DNA of 64,000 bases. Origin: an uncultured Candidatus Saccharibacteria bacterium. GTDB taxonomy: Bacteria > Patescibacteriota > Saccharimonadia > UBA4664 > CAZJNH01. The notes under the pieces were generated by a model. That model did no database searches. It worked only from the letters and a program-made list of their open reading frames with translations, and was not told the DNA's origin. Below are positions 7,839 to 17,333 of this stretch, piece by piece. Location: NCBI GenBank assembly GCA_964547425.1, contig CAZJNH010000001.1:5295-69294 (forward strand), in the 5' to 3' direction. Numbering within the stretch: position 1 is the stretch's first letter; the number at the start of each line of letters is the position of its first letter. The translations under genes and the position numbers were made by a program.

Positions 7839-10567
7839 ATATTCTAGGTTTTTTGGGCGAAATACTGCAGGTCGCTGGCCTGATACTGTTCCATTACTAC
7901 GGCTGGGTGCCTCTGGTCGGGGTGGTGGTTTATTTGACTTGGCAAAACCGGCGGCGCGTCGTGTGGCACCAAGGCATCGAGCAGTCTTTGCTATTAATTG
8001 AGGTACCGAAAGAAAATGAGAAGGACGCCCTAAGCGCCGAGCAAATGTTTGCCGCGTTGCATGGAATTTTGAGGCCCAAGTCCGATTTAACCAAGGAGGG
8101 CTCGCTCCAGGAGTACATCAGCTTTGAAATTGCCTCGATTGGCAACCGGATTCATTTCTACGTTTGGACGCCCAAGCACCTCAAAGACTTCGTCGAAGGC
8201 CAAATCTACGCCCAATACCCCAGCGTCCACATCAAAGAAGTCGAAGATGACTATGCCGGGCGGGAACACCTGAAAGGCAAGACCATCCTCGGAACCGAAC
8301 TGGCTCTAGATAAGGACCCGGTCCTGCCGATTAAAACCTACGAAAGTTTTGCCGTTGACCCGATTAGCTCGATCACCCAAGTGCTGTCAAAGCTCGATGA
8401 TGATGAAGAGATTTGGATTCAGGTTTTAGCCCGGCCGATCGAAGATGGCTGGAGCGAGGCCGGCAAAAAATTCCTCGTCGATTTGAAGGGCGGCAAAAAA
8501 GGCAAAACCCTTAAGGACGTTTTTCTTGAGTTGCCGCTTCACATAGTCTCAAACTCACTCCACGCCCTGGCCGCCCCGCCTGAAGAACCCAAAGAGGATA
8601 AGAAGGACGATAAAAAGGACGAGGATCCGACCAAAAAGTCCATCAGTGCCGCCGTTAGCGAAAAGGTGTCCAAACTGGGATACGAGGCCAAGATTAGATT
8701 GGTGTACCTTGGAACAAATAGCGAACAGGCTAGACTACGGATGCAGGCGTTAATCGGTTCATTTAAGCAATACAACACCTTAAATCTCAACGCCTTTGTG
8801 ACGACAGGGAACCGAAGCGACGAGGAACTGGTAGAGGAGTACCGCGCGCGCTTTTTCCCGCCGAAGGGTTCAATTATGAACACGGCGGAGCTGGCCAGTA
8901 TTTTCCATCTGCCGCACAAAAGCGTTGAAACCCCTAACATTGTCTGGAACACCGAACGAACTAGTGAACCGCCACCGACTTTGCCGATCGAAAACGAAGC
9001 CGACGCCGAAAACCTTAGTTTGTTTGGCCTTACCAACTTCCGCGGCCAGAGGCTTAAGTTCGGCATCAAGCGGCGCGACCGCGGGCGGCATCTTTATGTC
9101 ATCGGCCAAACTGGGACGGGTAAATCCATGCTGCTCCAGCTTTTGACTCTGTCCGATATCTACCAGGACCAAGGATTTGCCATCGTCGACCCTCACGGGG
9201 ACCTGGCCACCGACATTATGAAATATATTCCCGAGGAGAGGGTTAAAGACGTGATCTACTTCAACCCGGCCGACATCGAGTTTCCGATCGCCTTCAACCC
9301 AATGGAAGTAACCGACCCTAACTTCAAAAACAACATTTCCTCCGAAATCGTCGGCGTCTTAAAACGGATGTTCGAATCTTGGGGACCGCGGCTGGAGTAT
9401 ATTTTAAGGTTTACGATTCTGGCGCTCCTTGATTATCCGGATTCAACTTTGCTTGGCATTACCCGTATGCTAACCGACAAAGAGTTCCGCAAAAAAGTTG
9501 TCCGCGAGGTCCAAGACCCGGTGGTCAAAAACTTCTGGCTCAACGAGTTCGCTAGCTGGAACGACAAGTTCGCCAACGAGGCCGTCGCACCGGTCTTAAA
9601 CAAAGTCGGGGCCTTCACCGCCAACCCGCTGGTCAGGAACGTCATTGGCCAGCCAAAAAGCGCCATCAACCTGCGCAAGTTAATGGATGAAGGCAAGATC
9701 TTAATCGTCAACTTAAGCCAGGGACTAATAGGGGAGGACAACGCCTCCATCCTCGGCGCGCTAATGGTCACTAAGTTGCAGCTAGCCGCCATGAGCCGGG
9801 CCAATTTACCGCTCGACCAACGCCGGCCATTTTACTTGTACGTCGACGAATTCCAGAACTTCGCCACAGACTCATTTGCGGTCATTTTAAGCGAAGCCCG
9901 TAAGTATGGCTTGTATTTGACCGTTGCAAACCAATATATCGCTCAGATCGCCGAAACGGCCGTTAAAGACGCCGTGTTCGGCAACGTTGGCTCGATTGTA
10001 ACCTTCCGCGTCGGTGCCGACGACGCGACCTACCTTGCCAAGTACTTTAAACCGGTGTTTGAGGATACCGACATCGTCACCTTAAACAACCAACACATCC
10101 TGATTTCGATGAGTATCGACGGCGAGAAGTCTCCGCCATTTTCGGCTACCACCTTGATGATGCCTGAACCGGTCGAGGATATGAGCGCTAGCATTATCGC
10201 TCGCTCACGCCAGGACTACGCTAGCAGTAAGGCAGAGGTTACGGACGCGATCAGCAACTGGTCGTACGACATGCACCAAAAGACCAGAGGAGCAATGGAT
10301 GAGGAAGCGGCACCGGGCGAAGACGCGCCGGTTCGTATGGGTGAACAAAAAGCGAACACACCGAGTGAGCTCAAAAATCCGGAGCCTAGACCTGTCCAAC
10401 AGGAGAAAAAGCCTGAGCACAACAGAGATCATGATCGAGACAGGGATCGTCGTGATCGGCCAAAACACCACCAGCCGGAACCGAGAAAAGAGCAGCCAGC
10501 GGTAAATACACACAATCAGCCGGGCGAGTTGCACCAAGACGAAGTAGTGAAGCTGCACCAAGAATAG
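7835..10567 (+). CDS. TrwB/VirD4/HerA-FtsK superfamily membrane-anchored ATPase (type IV coupling-protein-like)
   Basis: N-terminal TM, Walker A GQTGTGKS, IVDPHGD, Walker B YLYVDEFQNF, EARKYGL..ANQY; charged disordered tail; ATGA overlap with the upstream gene. Confidence 0.85.
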   Translation: MNILGFLGEILQVAGLILFHYYGWVPLVGVVVYLTWQNRRRVVWHQGIEQSLLLIEVPKENEKDALSAEQMFAALHGILRPKSDLTKEGSLQEYISFEIASIGNRIHFYVWTPKHLKDFVEGQIYAQYPSVHIKEVEDDYAGREHLKGKTILGTELALDKDPVLPIKTYESFAVDPISSITQVLSKLDDDEEIWIQVLARPIEDGWSEAGKKFLVDLKGGKKGKTLKDVFLELPLHIVSNSLHALAAPPEEPKEDKKDDKKDEDPTKKSISAAVSEKVSKLGYEAKIRLVYLGTNSEQARLRMQALIGSFKQYNTLNLNAFVTTGNRSDEELVEEYRARFFPPKGSIMNTAELASIFHLPHKSVETPNIVWNTERTSEPPPTLPIENEADAENLSLFGLTNFRGQRLKFGIKRRDRGRHLYVIGQTGTGKSMLLQLLTLSDIYQDQGFAIVDPHGDLATDIMKYIPEERVKDVIYFNPADIEFPIAFNPMEVTDPNFKNNISSEIVGVLKRMFESWGPRLEYILRFTILALLDYPDSTLLGITRMLTDKEFRKKVVREVQDPVVKNFWLNEFASWNDKFANEAVAPVLNKVGAFTANPLVRNVIGQPKSAINLRKLMDEGKILIVNLSQGLIGEDNASILGALMVTKLQLAAMSRANLPLDQRRPFYLYVDEFQNFATDSFAVILSEARKYGLYLTVANQYIAQIAETAVKDAVFGNVGSIVTFRVGADDATYLAKYFKPVFEDTDIVTLNNQHILISMSIDGEKSPPFSATTLMMPEPVEDMSASIIARSRQDYASSKAEVTDAISNWSYDMHQKTRGAMDEEAAPGEDAPVRMGEQKANTPSELKNPEPRPVQQEKKPEHNRDHDRDRDRRDRPKHHQPEPRKEQPAVNTHNQPGELHQDEVVKLHQE

Positions 10568-10938
10568 AGCACAGAGTAATTATTTAATTACTAATTCTGG
10601 GATAGGCAGAACCGTTGAATTAGCCGATGAGGCTACGCCGTACAATGTATATTTTGCGACATACAACGTATGGTCATAAAGCAGTATCACTGGACCTGTT
10701 TAATTGGTCTGTGATCTGGGAATACGCCTTATTGAAGCCAAAATCCTAGCACGCGGCCAAAGAATTATAAGCGGGCGGCGGTAAAGAAGCCAAGAGCATG
10801 TAAAGAGCGCCAATTAGCCAACTTCCCTGCCCCGCGGAAAACATACATTGAAAAAAAATTTCCGTTAAGTTGTAGCTACAAAATAAATTAACCACTCACC
10901 CGAATGAAAACCGAACTAAAGGGCAGAGGAGGGTTGCA

Positions 10939-11784
10939 TCACTTATAGTAGGCTTTGCCTTCGACGCGTAGATCCACATACTCCTTTGGCCGCCGACCGC
11001 TCTTGGCCAGGCTGCTCAAAACCAATTGTAGCGCGTGGATCTGGCTCCCCGCCCCCCTAGTGGTATCGAACTTAACCAAAAACCCGCGCGCTAGGTTCAC
11101 ATTCAGCTCGCTTGTAGTGTCACGCACGCTCATATCCTTAACCTTCTCCCCTAACCCAGCTAGTCCGGCCGCGGTATCGAGCGTAAAGGCGACAAATCGG
11201 CTGGGCACCACTCTTTCCCCTGCCTTGACCGGCAGGTTTGTCGTATCTGTTACCACCGCCAGCTTCCCTTGCTTGTCGGTGATTTGGCGAATCACCGTTC
11301 CGTCCCTGTCCAACAGATACAATACTCCCCCGCTCCGCCAGGCCAGTGACGGTTCACGCTCGGAGACAGTAATGATCAGCCGGGTTGGCCACCCTCGTTT
11401 GAATGACAAGTGCTTGATTTCCGGAATCTCCCCTATCACCGACTGTTCCAGCCGGCCGGGGCTAAAGGTAATCAGGTTGTCCCCCAAAAGCTGCGACCGC
11501 AGTCCCTTGCGCACCGACAGTTCGATGAGTTTCGGGCTTATAGTCTGGGCGCCCTGGATCTGGACTTCGCCAATCAAAAAGTACCGCCACAGAAAAAATA
11601 GCGCTGCCGCTCCTAAAACATATTTAACCCACCACAAACGCGAACGGCCAGGCCGCCGGCGCGGGGTGGGAGTGGATGATGGCGCGGGACGCGGGCGGTT
11701 AAAACCTCTCCCGGAAGGAAGGTTCGGCCGGCCAACGTTTCTGACTTGGCGATCAGGCATCGCTTCCTGTTTCTTCTGGCTCAT
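10939..11784 (-). CDS. ftsQ: Cell division protein FtsQ/DivIB
   Basis: Basic N-tail, single TM, POTRA-like region ending WPTRLIITVSEREP, C-terminal YVDLR; position after murG; start uncertain. Confidence 0.85.
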   Translation of the reverse strand: MSQKKQEAMPDRQVRNVGRPNLPSGRGFNRPRPAPSSTPTPRRRPGRSRLWWVKYVLGAAALFFLWRYFLIGEVQIQGAQTISPKLIELSVRKGLRSQLLGDNLITFSPGRLEQSVIGEIPEIKHLSFKRGWPTRLIITVSEREPSLAWRSGGVLYLLDRDGTVIRQITDKQGKLAVVTDTTNLPVKAGERVVPSRFVAFTLDTAAGLAGLGEKVKDMSVRDTTSELNVNLARGFLVKFDTTRGAGSQIHALQLVLSSLAKSGRRPKEYVDLRVEGKAYYK

Positions 11785-12925
11785 CAACCCGTGCCGCGGC
11801 CAAAATTACCTTGGCCAATCTTTCATCGGCATCCGGCACCGCGAACTCCCCAATCTGTTTTGACAGATAAGATCGCTCCGCTTCACTCTCAAGCAAATGA
11901 TCAACTTCCCTAATCAGCGTCTGGGTCGTTAGCCTGTCTTCGGTTATTACCCGAACCGCGCCTGCCCTGCCCATAATCTGGGCATTGACGGTTTGATGTC
12001 CCCCGGTCAGGTGCGGATTTGGAATCAGGATCGTCGGTTTTTTGAGCTGCGCCAGTTCAGCCAGAGTATTCGCCCCTGCACGAGAGATTACAATGTCGGC
12101 CGCTTCCAGCGCCGCGCCAATCTCGTCATGCAAAAACGCCACCGGGCGGTACTGTGTAACCAGCTGCGGTTCCAGTTTACGGGTTTCAAACTTTACCCTC
12201 TCGATATCCTTCTCACCGGTGACATGGATCAGCTGGACCTTTTGTAATAATTCAGGCAGAGCGGATAGCACCGCTTCGTTGACCCGCTGGGCCCCGCTAG
12301 AGCCTCCAAGTACCAGGACTACTGGCTTTTTCTCGTCGAAGTTAAAGTGTTTTAGCCCGGCCAGGCGATGGGATTTAGTGATTAGGCCGCGGACCGGGTT
12401 GCCGACGTAGACTAACTTGTCGGATGGCTCGCCCCGGTACTTATCAACCGGAAACCCGGTGGCGAGTTTCGCCGCCCAGCGCGACAGGATTCGGTTCGTC
12501 AGACCAGGCACTGCGTCAGAGTCATGGATCACCAGCGGGTATCTCATTAGTCCGGCGGCTATCCCTACCGGCAACCCGACATAACCCCCTTTTACGAACA
12601 CTACGTTCGGATCGTAGGCTTTAATAATTTTGCGGCTTTGCCAAACACCGGCAGCAACCCGGAATAGGTCGGTGAAGTTTCGGCCTATACTTGACAAATT
12701 AGCTATTCTATGTTGTAGCTTTAACTTATGAAAACGGCGGTACTTGCCCGCCGCGATCGGCTTAAACTCCAGGCCAGCTCCCCGCGCCAGCTTGGCCTCA
12801 ACTCCTCCGCCGGTCCCGACGTACAAAATCTCGGCGGACTTATCGAGCCGTTTTAGGGCGTCGGCCGTAGCCAGAATCGGCGAAATGTGACCACCGGTCC
12901 CCCCGCCGCTGACGAGAATTCGCAT
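11753..12925 (-). CDS. murG: Undecaprenyl-PP-MurNAc-pentapeptide GlcNAc transferase
   Basis: GGGTGGHI, KGGYV, VGNPVR, GGSSGA, SRAGANT and HQ..NA motifs. Confidence 0.97.
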   Translation of the reverse strand: MRILVSGGGTGGHISPILATADALKRLDKSAEILYVGTGGGVEAKLARGAGLEFKPIAAGKYRRFHKLKLQHRIANLSSIGRNFTDLFRVAAGVWQSRKIIKAYDPNVVFVKGGYVGLPVGIAAGLMRYPLVIHDSDAVPGLTNRILSRWAAKLATGFPVDKYRGEPSDKLVYVGNPVRGLITKSHRLAGLKHFNFDEKKPVVLVLGGSSGAQRVNEAVLSALPELLQKVQLIHVTGEKDIERVKFETRKLEPQLVTQYRPVAFLHDEIGAALEAADIVISRAGANTLAELAQLKKPTILIPNPHLTGGHQTVNAQIMGRAGAVRVITEDRLTTQTLIREVDHLLESEAERSYLSKQIGEFAVPDADERLAKVILAAARVDEPEETGSDA

Positions 12926-14039
12926 CAGCCTCCTCCGTTACGGTATGTTTGGAAATGTTGTGCAGGATCCCGACCGCCAGCAGTGTGATCACTAAGTTAG
13001 TTCCGCCGAAACTAATAAACGGGAGCGGGATGCCGGTTAAGGGCATCAAACTAAGCATCGCCATGATGTTAATAATCGCCTGGAACATAATCCATAAGGT
13101 AATACCACTAGCCGCTAGCCGCGAAAACATGTCCGGCGCCAGTTTGGCGATTTTAAAGCCGCGGTAGATTACGATTCCTAAAATAGCAATCACTATCATT
13201 GAGCCAATCAGCCCGAACTCTTCGGCGATGACGGCAAAAATCGAGTCATTGGCGGCTTCCGGCAGGTAACCATAAATTTGGACGCTCTTACCCAGGCCGA
13301 CGCCAAGTAATCCGCCGGAACCTATCGCGATCAATGCTTGGTTAATGTGATAACCAACACCAGTGACATCCTTAGATGGATTCAAGAACGCGGTGATTCT
13401 GGCCAAACGGTGTGAGAAGGCTACGACCGCAACGGTTCCTAGAGCCGCAGCGCCGGCCAGCATAGCGCCAAAGTGGCTCCAGCGCATACCGGCAATAAAG
13501 TACATAAACATACAGGCGAGAGCTATAACCGCCATCGTCCCCAAGTCGCGCTGGAAGAACACGACAACCGCCGACACCAGAAGCATGATCAAGCCGAACG
13601 GCGCTAACCCGTCCCACAAACTGCGGATGCTTCCTTTCTGTTTCTCAAACCATGCCGCCAGGTACAGAATAATCGCCGGTTTTAAAAGCTCCGCCGGTTG
13701 AAAGGTAATCGGTCCCAAACTGACCCACCGTGTTGCTCCGTTACGGGCAACACCGAGACCGGGAACTAAGAGCGCCACCAAACCGAGCAGCGCCAAGATA
13801 ATCAGATACTTTGACCACACCCGCCAGCGCTCGTAACTAACGCTCGAAGCCCAGACCCAGGCCACCAACCCGAGTCCGAGACTGACAACCTGGCGCAAGA
13901 AGAAGTAATTGCCCTCACTGCCGCCAACGTTGTTTGAGAGTACCGGGCTCAGGGAATAAATCATGATCAGGCCTATGCCAAGCAGCGCCGCCACGCCGAG
14001 TGTCAGAATATAATCCGGCCGGTGCGCTCGGGGCTTCAT
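12840..14039 (-). CDS. ftsW: SEDS peptidoglycan polymerase FtsW
   Basis: NGATRW, FQPAELLK, AIGSGG..G.GLGKS, YLPEAANDSIFA, PLTGIPLPFISFGG; start reset to the ATG overlapping the mraY stop. Confidence 0.95.
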   Translation of the reverse strand: MKPRAHRPDYILTLGVAALLGIGLIMIYSLSPVLSNNVGGSEGNYFFLRQVVSLGLGLVAWVWASSVSYERWRVWSKYLIILALLGLVALLVPGLGVARNGATRWVSLGPITFQPAELLKPAIILYLAAWFEKQKGSIRSLWDGLAPFGLIMLLVSAVVVFFQRDLGTMAVIALACMFMYFIAGMRWSHFGAMLAGAAALGTVAVVAFSHRLARITAFLNPSKDVTGVGYHINQALIAIGSGGLLGVGLGKSVQIYGYLPEAANDSIFAVIAEEFGLIGSMIVIAILGIVIYRGFKIAKLAPDMFSRLAASGITLWIMFQAIINIMAMLSLMPLTGIPLPFISFGGTNLVITLLAVGILHNISKHTVTEEADANSRQRRGDRWSHFADSGYGRRPKTAR

Positions 14040-15076
14040 AAAAGCTTCGTCCCAAAAAGCGCTATCATCAGCCCGACGGCGCCGCAAATCTGCCCAATTA
14101 CCCACAGCCGCATAGTTACCTTCGTTTCCGGCCAGCCCTTAGCAATGAGGTGGTGATGTAGCGGCGCGGAGATAAAGACCTTACGTTTAAAGATTTTCTT
14201 CGACAGGATCTGGATGACGCTAGATCCGGCTTCAAGCACAAACACACCGCCAATAATCGGCAATACAAACGCCGAATTTAAAAGCATCGCTACGACTCCA
14301 AGGGCTGTACCGAAGGCAAAAGCCCCGGTATCACCCATTAGAAAGCGGCATGGGAAAATATTGAACCAGGTGTAGGCCAAAAGCACACCAACCATGGTGG
14401 CGCAAAATCCCGCGATGCCGATGTTGCCGGTCAAAAAGGCGTAAACACCGAAGGTTCCAAACGCCGTTGCCAGTAGTCCACCGGCCAACCCGTCAAGTCC
14501 GTCGGTAATATTAACGGCGTTGGCGGTCGAGACAACCACCGCAATAAAAAGCGGAATATAGAGCCAGCCAATCTCATAATCGCCGAATGCCGGAACATGA
14601 ATCTGGCTGTAACCTAGTTTGTAGAAGAAATAAAGTGCGCCCAAGACAGCGATTCCGAGGATCAACAAAAGCTTCATCTTCGCTTTTAGCCCTCCAGCTA
14701 AGTTGCGGGAGCCGCGGATGTTAATGTAATCGTCAATCAGCCCAACAGCGCCGGCCGCCACCAAGACGAACAGCGGCAAGTAGGTTTGCGAGCGTGACAA
14801 ATTAAGCACCACCGTAACCACAACGGCTGCCGCGATGCCAATAATACCTGCCATGGTCGGAATATCCCGTCGATGCTTTTCGACTTGTTGCTGGTGGGCG
14901 ATCGGCGCCGCCTCCCCCGTTGTGGCGTGGGTCCTAGCTTTTTTCCACCACTGGCGCTTGAAAGCGAAATGTGTATAAACAGGTGTCAGCAGCATCGCCA
15001 AGATAAACGCGTAAACCGCCTGGCCGAAAATTTTGATAATCAAGTGAGCACTGCCAGATCGAAATATGGTTTCCAT
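14036..15076 (-). CDS. mraY: Phospho-MurNAc-pentapeptide transferase
   Basis: PTMAG, GLIDD, NAVNITDGLDGL, MGDTG and APLHHH motifs. Confidence 0.97.
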   Translation of the reverse strand: METIFRSGSAHLIIKIFGQAVYAFILAMLLTPVYTHFAFKRQWWKKARTHATTGEAAPIAHQQQVEKHRRDIPTMAGIIGIAAAVVVTVVLNLSRSQTYLPLFVLVAAGAVGLIDDYINIRGSRNLAGGLKAKMKLLLILGIAVLGALYFFYKLGYSQIHVPAFGDYEIGWLYIPLFIAVVVSTANAVNITDGLDGLAGGLLATAFGTFGVYAFLTGNIGIAGFCATMVGVLLAYTWFNIFPCRFLMGDTGAFAFGTALGVVAMLLNSAFVLPIIGGVFVLEAGSSVIQILSKKIFKRKVFISAPLHHHLIAKGWPETKVTMRLWVIGQICGAVGLMIALFGTKLL

Positions 15077-15092
15077 TAGAAGTATTTTACCA

Positions 15093-16844
15093 TCATGCTG
15101 GTGCTATCCCCAGGTAGCGGATTAAGTATTTGGCGATATTGGCGAAAACCGGCACCGTCGTAGTCTCAGCAAAGGTACCGATCTGCGGCTGGTCAATCCT
15201 GACCATCATCACAAAACGCGGGTGGTTGGCAGGCAAAAAACCAACGAATGAGCCGATGGTTTTGTTGGTCAGGTACCCCGGCGCGTTAGGGTCCGGTATC
15301 TGGGCGGTACCGGTCTTGCCGGCTACCGTGTAGCCTTTAATTTGAGTCAGGTACCCGTTACCATGCTCAACCACCGTAATCATCATCTTGCGTAAATCCG
15401 ACGCAGCGCGCTCGGAAATTATGTGTCCATTGACCAGCCTTGGCGAAGTTTTTTTGACCTCTCCTTTAGGCGAGATAATTTGGTCGATCAACTGAGGCTG
15501 GTACAGCCTACCCCCATTGGCAATCGCCGTTGCCGCCATGACCATCTGCATAACCGTCACCGATAGACCCTGACCGAAACTCATGTTGGCGTAGTTAATG
15601 TTACGGCTGCCCGGCACGGGCACAAATCCAGCCGCCTCCGCCGGCTGCTCCACACCGGTCTTTGAACCAAACCCAAAGTGCTTCGTTATGTAATCAAACA
15701 GCGTCTGCTTCCCTACGGCGGTAATTTTGTCAGGGTCGCCGCCCAGCTGCTTCAGGATGAAGATCACGCCAGTGTTGAGCGAGAAAGTGATAACGTGGGT
15801 CATATCCTGCTTGCCCCATATCCGATTTTCAGCGTTGTGCACCGTGTAGCCGTCCGATTTGAACGAACCGGTGTCTTTGTACTTGGTGGTTGGCTTGACC
15901 TTGCCGGTGTCGAGCCCTGCTGCCATAGTAATAATCTTAAATCCGGAACCAGGCTCAAATAAGTTCGACACCACTCGGTTATCGAATACGTTATAGTCGG
16001 TCACAGCCCCGTAGTTGGCCGGGTCGTAGGTTGGATAGTTGGCCATCGCCCAGACTTTGCCGGTTTGAGGATCAACCACCACGACACTCCCTGATTTTGC
16101 CCGAACCGCTTTCACTCCCGCGGCTAAATATTTTTCGGCTTGAGCCTGGATATTACGGTCAATGGTTAAAACCAGATCGGAGCCATCTACGGGGGGTTTA
16201 ATCAGGTTTTTGGCGGTAGGAATAGGGTTTCCCTGGGTGTCGGTGATAGCTTTTAGCAGGCCGTTTTGGCCGGCTAGGTCTTTGTTGAAGTAACCCTCAA
16301 CCCCGTACTGCCCAGCGCCGTCACCATTAACAAAGCCGAGCAGCTGGGAGGCCAAATCGCCCTCCGGATAAGTGCGGTACTGATTTTCGGTTAAACCGAT
16401 TCCAAGCAGCTTTAACGAACCAATCTTGCTGGCCAGGGCCGACTCAACCCTGCTTTTTAAGACGACATATTGGCCGCCCCGGTTTAGTTTATCCAAATAT
16501 CCTTGAGGGCTATCGCCCGTAACGTGAGCCAGGCTCTTAGCGGTATCGGCCCGATCCTTGTTTTGAATTAAGCTGGGGTCGGCGTAAAGCAGGTACAGAT
16601 TTTGGTTCAGCGCCAGCGGTACGGTCTGGTCACCATCGTGGGCCATGATTTCGCCGCGCCGAGCCGGAACGTCGAATTTGCGCGAGTGCGATTTGGCGGC
16701 CTGAGCGGTATAAAAGCCGTGTTTAACTACCTGCAAACTAAATAGCCTCCAGGCAAGTAAAATTCCAGCCGCGAACATCACAAGCGTCAGCAAACTGATG
16801 CGCCGCGTCTGGACTTTGGTTTCCGTATAGTTAAACTCGGCCAT
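15093..16844 (-). CDS. ftsI: Class B PBP, FtsI-like
   Basis: PARRGEI, RTYPEG, GVEG, LTID, EPGSGFK, SLN and KTGTAQ motifs; dcw position. Confidence 0.9.
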   Translation of the reverse strand: MAEFNYTETKVQTRRISLLTLVMFAAGILLAWRLFSLQVVKHGFYTAQAAKSHSRKFDVPARRGEIMAHDGDQTVPLALNQNLYLLYADPSLIQNKDRADTAKSLAHVTGDSPQGYLDKLNRGGQYVVLKSRVESALASKIGSLKLLGIGLTENQYRTYPEGDLASQLLGFVNGDGAGQYGVEGYFNKDLAGQNGLLKAITDTQGNPIPTAKNLIKPPVDGSDLVLTIDRNIQAQAEKYLAAGVKAVRAKSGSVVVVDPQTGKVWAMANYPTYDPANYGAVTDYNVFDNRVVSNLFEPGSGFKIITMAAGLDTGKVKPTTKYKDTGSFKSDGYTVHNAENRIWGKQDMTHVITFSLNTGVIFILKQLGGDPDKITAVGKQTLFDYITKHFGFGSKTGVEQPAEAAGFVPVPGSRNINYANMSFGQGLSVTVMQMVMAATAIANGGRLYQPQLIDQIISPKGEVKKTSPRLVNGHIISERAASDLRKMMITVVEHGNGYLTQIKGYTVAGKTGTAQIPDPNAPGYLTNKTIGSFVGFLPANHPRFVMMVRIDQPQIGTFAETTTVPVFANIAKYLIRYLGIAPA

Positions 16845-16867
16845 TATCCTAGCCTCTCGTGATGGCT

Positions 16868-17188
16868 CTATTTAATGAATGTGGTGGGCCCTTCGGAGAC
16901 CAATCCTTTAACGGCATTGGACGATGAAATGCTGTGGATCGATTGTAACCTGGCGGCCTCAATTTCAAGATCCTGTTTTTGCGACAGCAGCTGGTTTTTC
17001 TGGCTTTTAAGCTGGTTGAGCTTGGTACCGAAGACGCTGGTTTTGGTGATCTGTGTCAGGTACAAAAGCGCCAGCAAACAAACAACCGCGATGGTAACGA
17101 AGCGGCTTGAGACCGGCCCGACCATAACCTTGCTGCGGCTGCGGTATAAGTTCTGGTTGCGCCTGGCGGCGACTGTGAAGGTGGTCAT
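16868..17188 (-). CDS. FtsL-like septal protein
   Basis: Basic N-terminus, one TM, heptad coiled coil; located between rsmH and ftsI; AAAGGA RBS. Confidence 0.7.
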   Translation of the reverse strand: MTTFTVAARRNQNLYRSRSKVMVGPVSSRFVTIAVVCLLALLYLTQITKTSVFGTKLNQLKSQKNQLLSQKQDLEIEAARLQSIHSISSSNAVKGLVSEGPTTFIK

Positions 17189-17261
17189 TTATTTTTCCTT
17201 TGTTTATTTTTGGTTTTGGTGGGGCGTCCGCTCAGGCAACGGATCGCCCCTTTCGTCGCGC

Positions 17262-17333
17262 CTACTTGCGGCGGCGCAGTACCCGAACTTTGATGGAGAC
17301 GGCGTTTGAGCGTCCCCGTACTGGGATAGTCAT
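17262..17333 (-). CDS. Putative 23-aa basic micro-peptide
   Basis: MTIPVRGRSNAVSIKVRVLRRRK; AAAGGAGG SD; ATGA overlap with the rsmH stop. Confidence 0.4.
   Translation of the reverse strand: MTIPVRGRSNAVSIKVRVLRRRK

Noticed and set aside
10568-10938. 370-nt AT-rich gap between the convergent ATPase and ftsQ genes
   Set aside because: Only short interrupted frames on both strands and no convincing stems or repeats; may be a decayed gene but I cannot support a call.
10955-11863. 302-aa plus-strand ORF
   Set aside because: Antisense shadow of ftsQ with no protein-like motifs.
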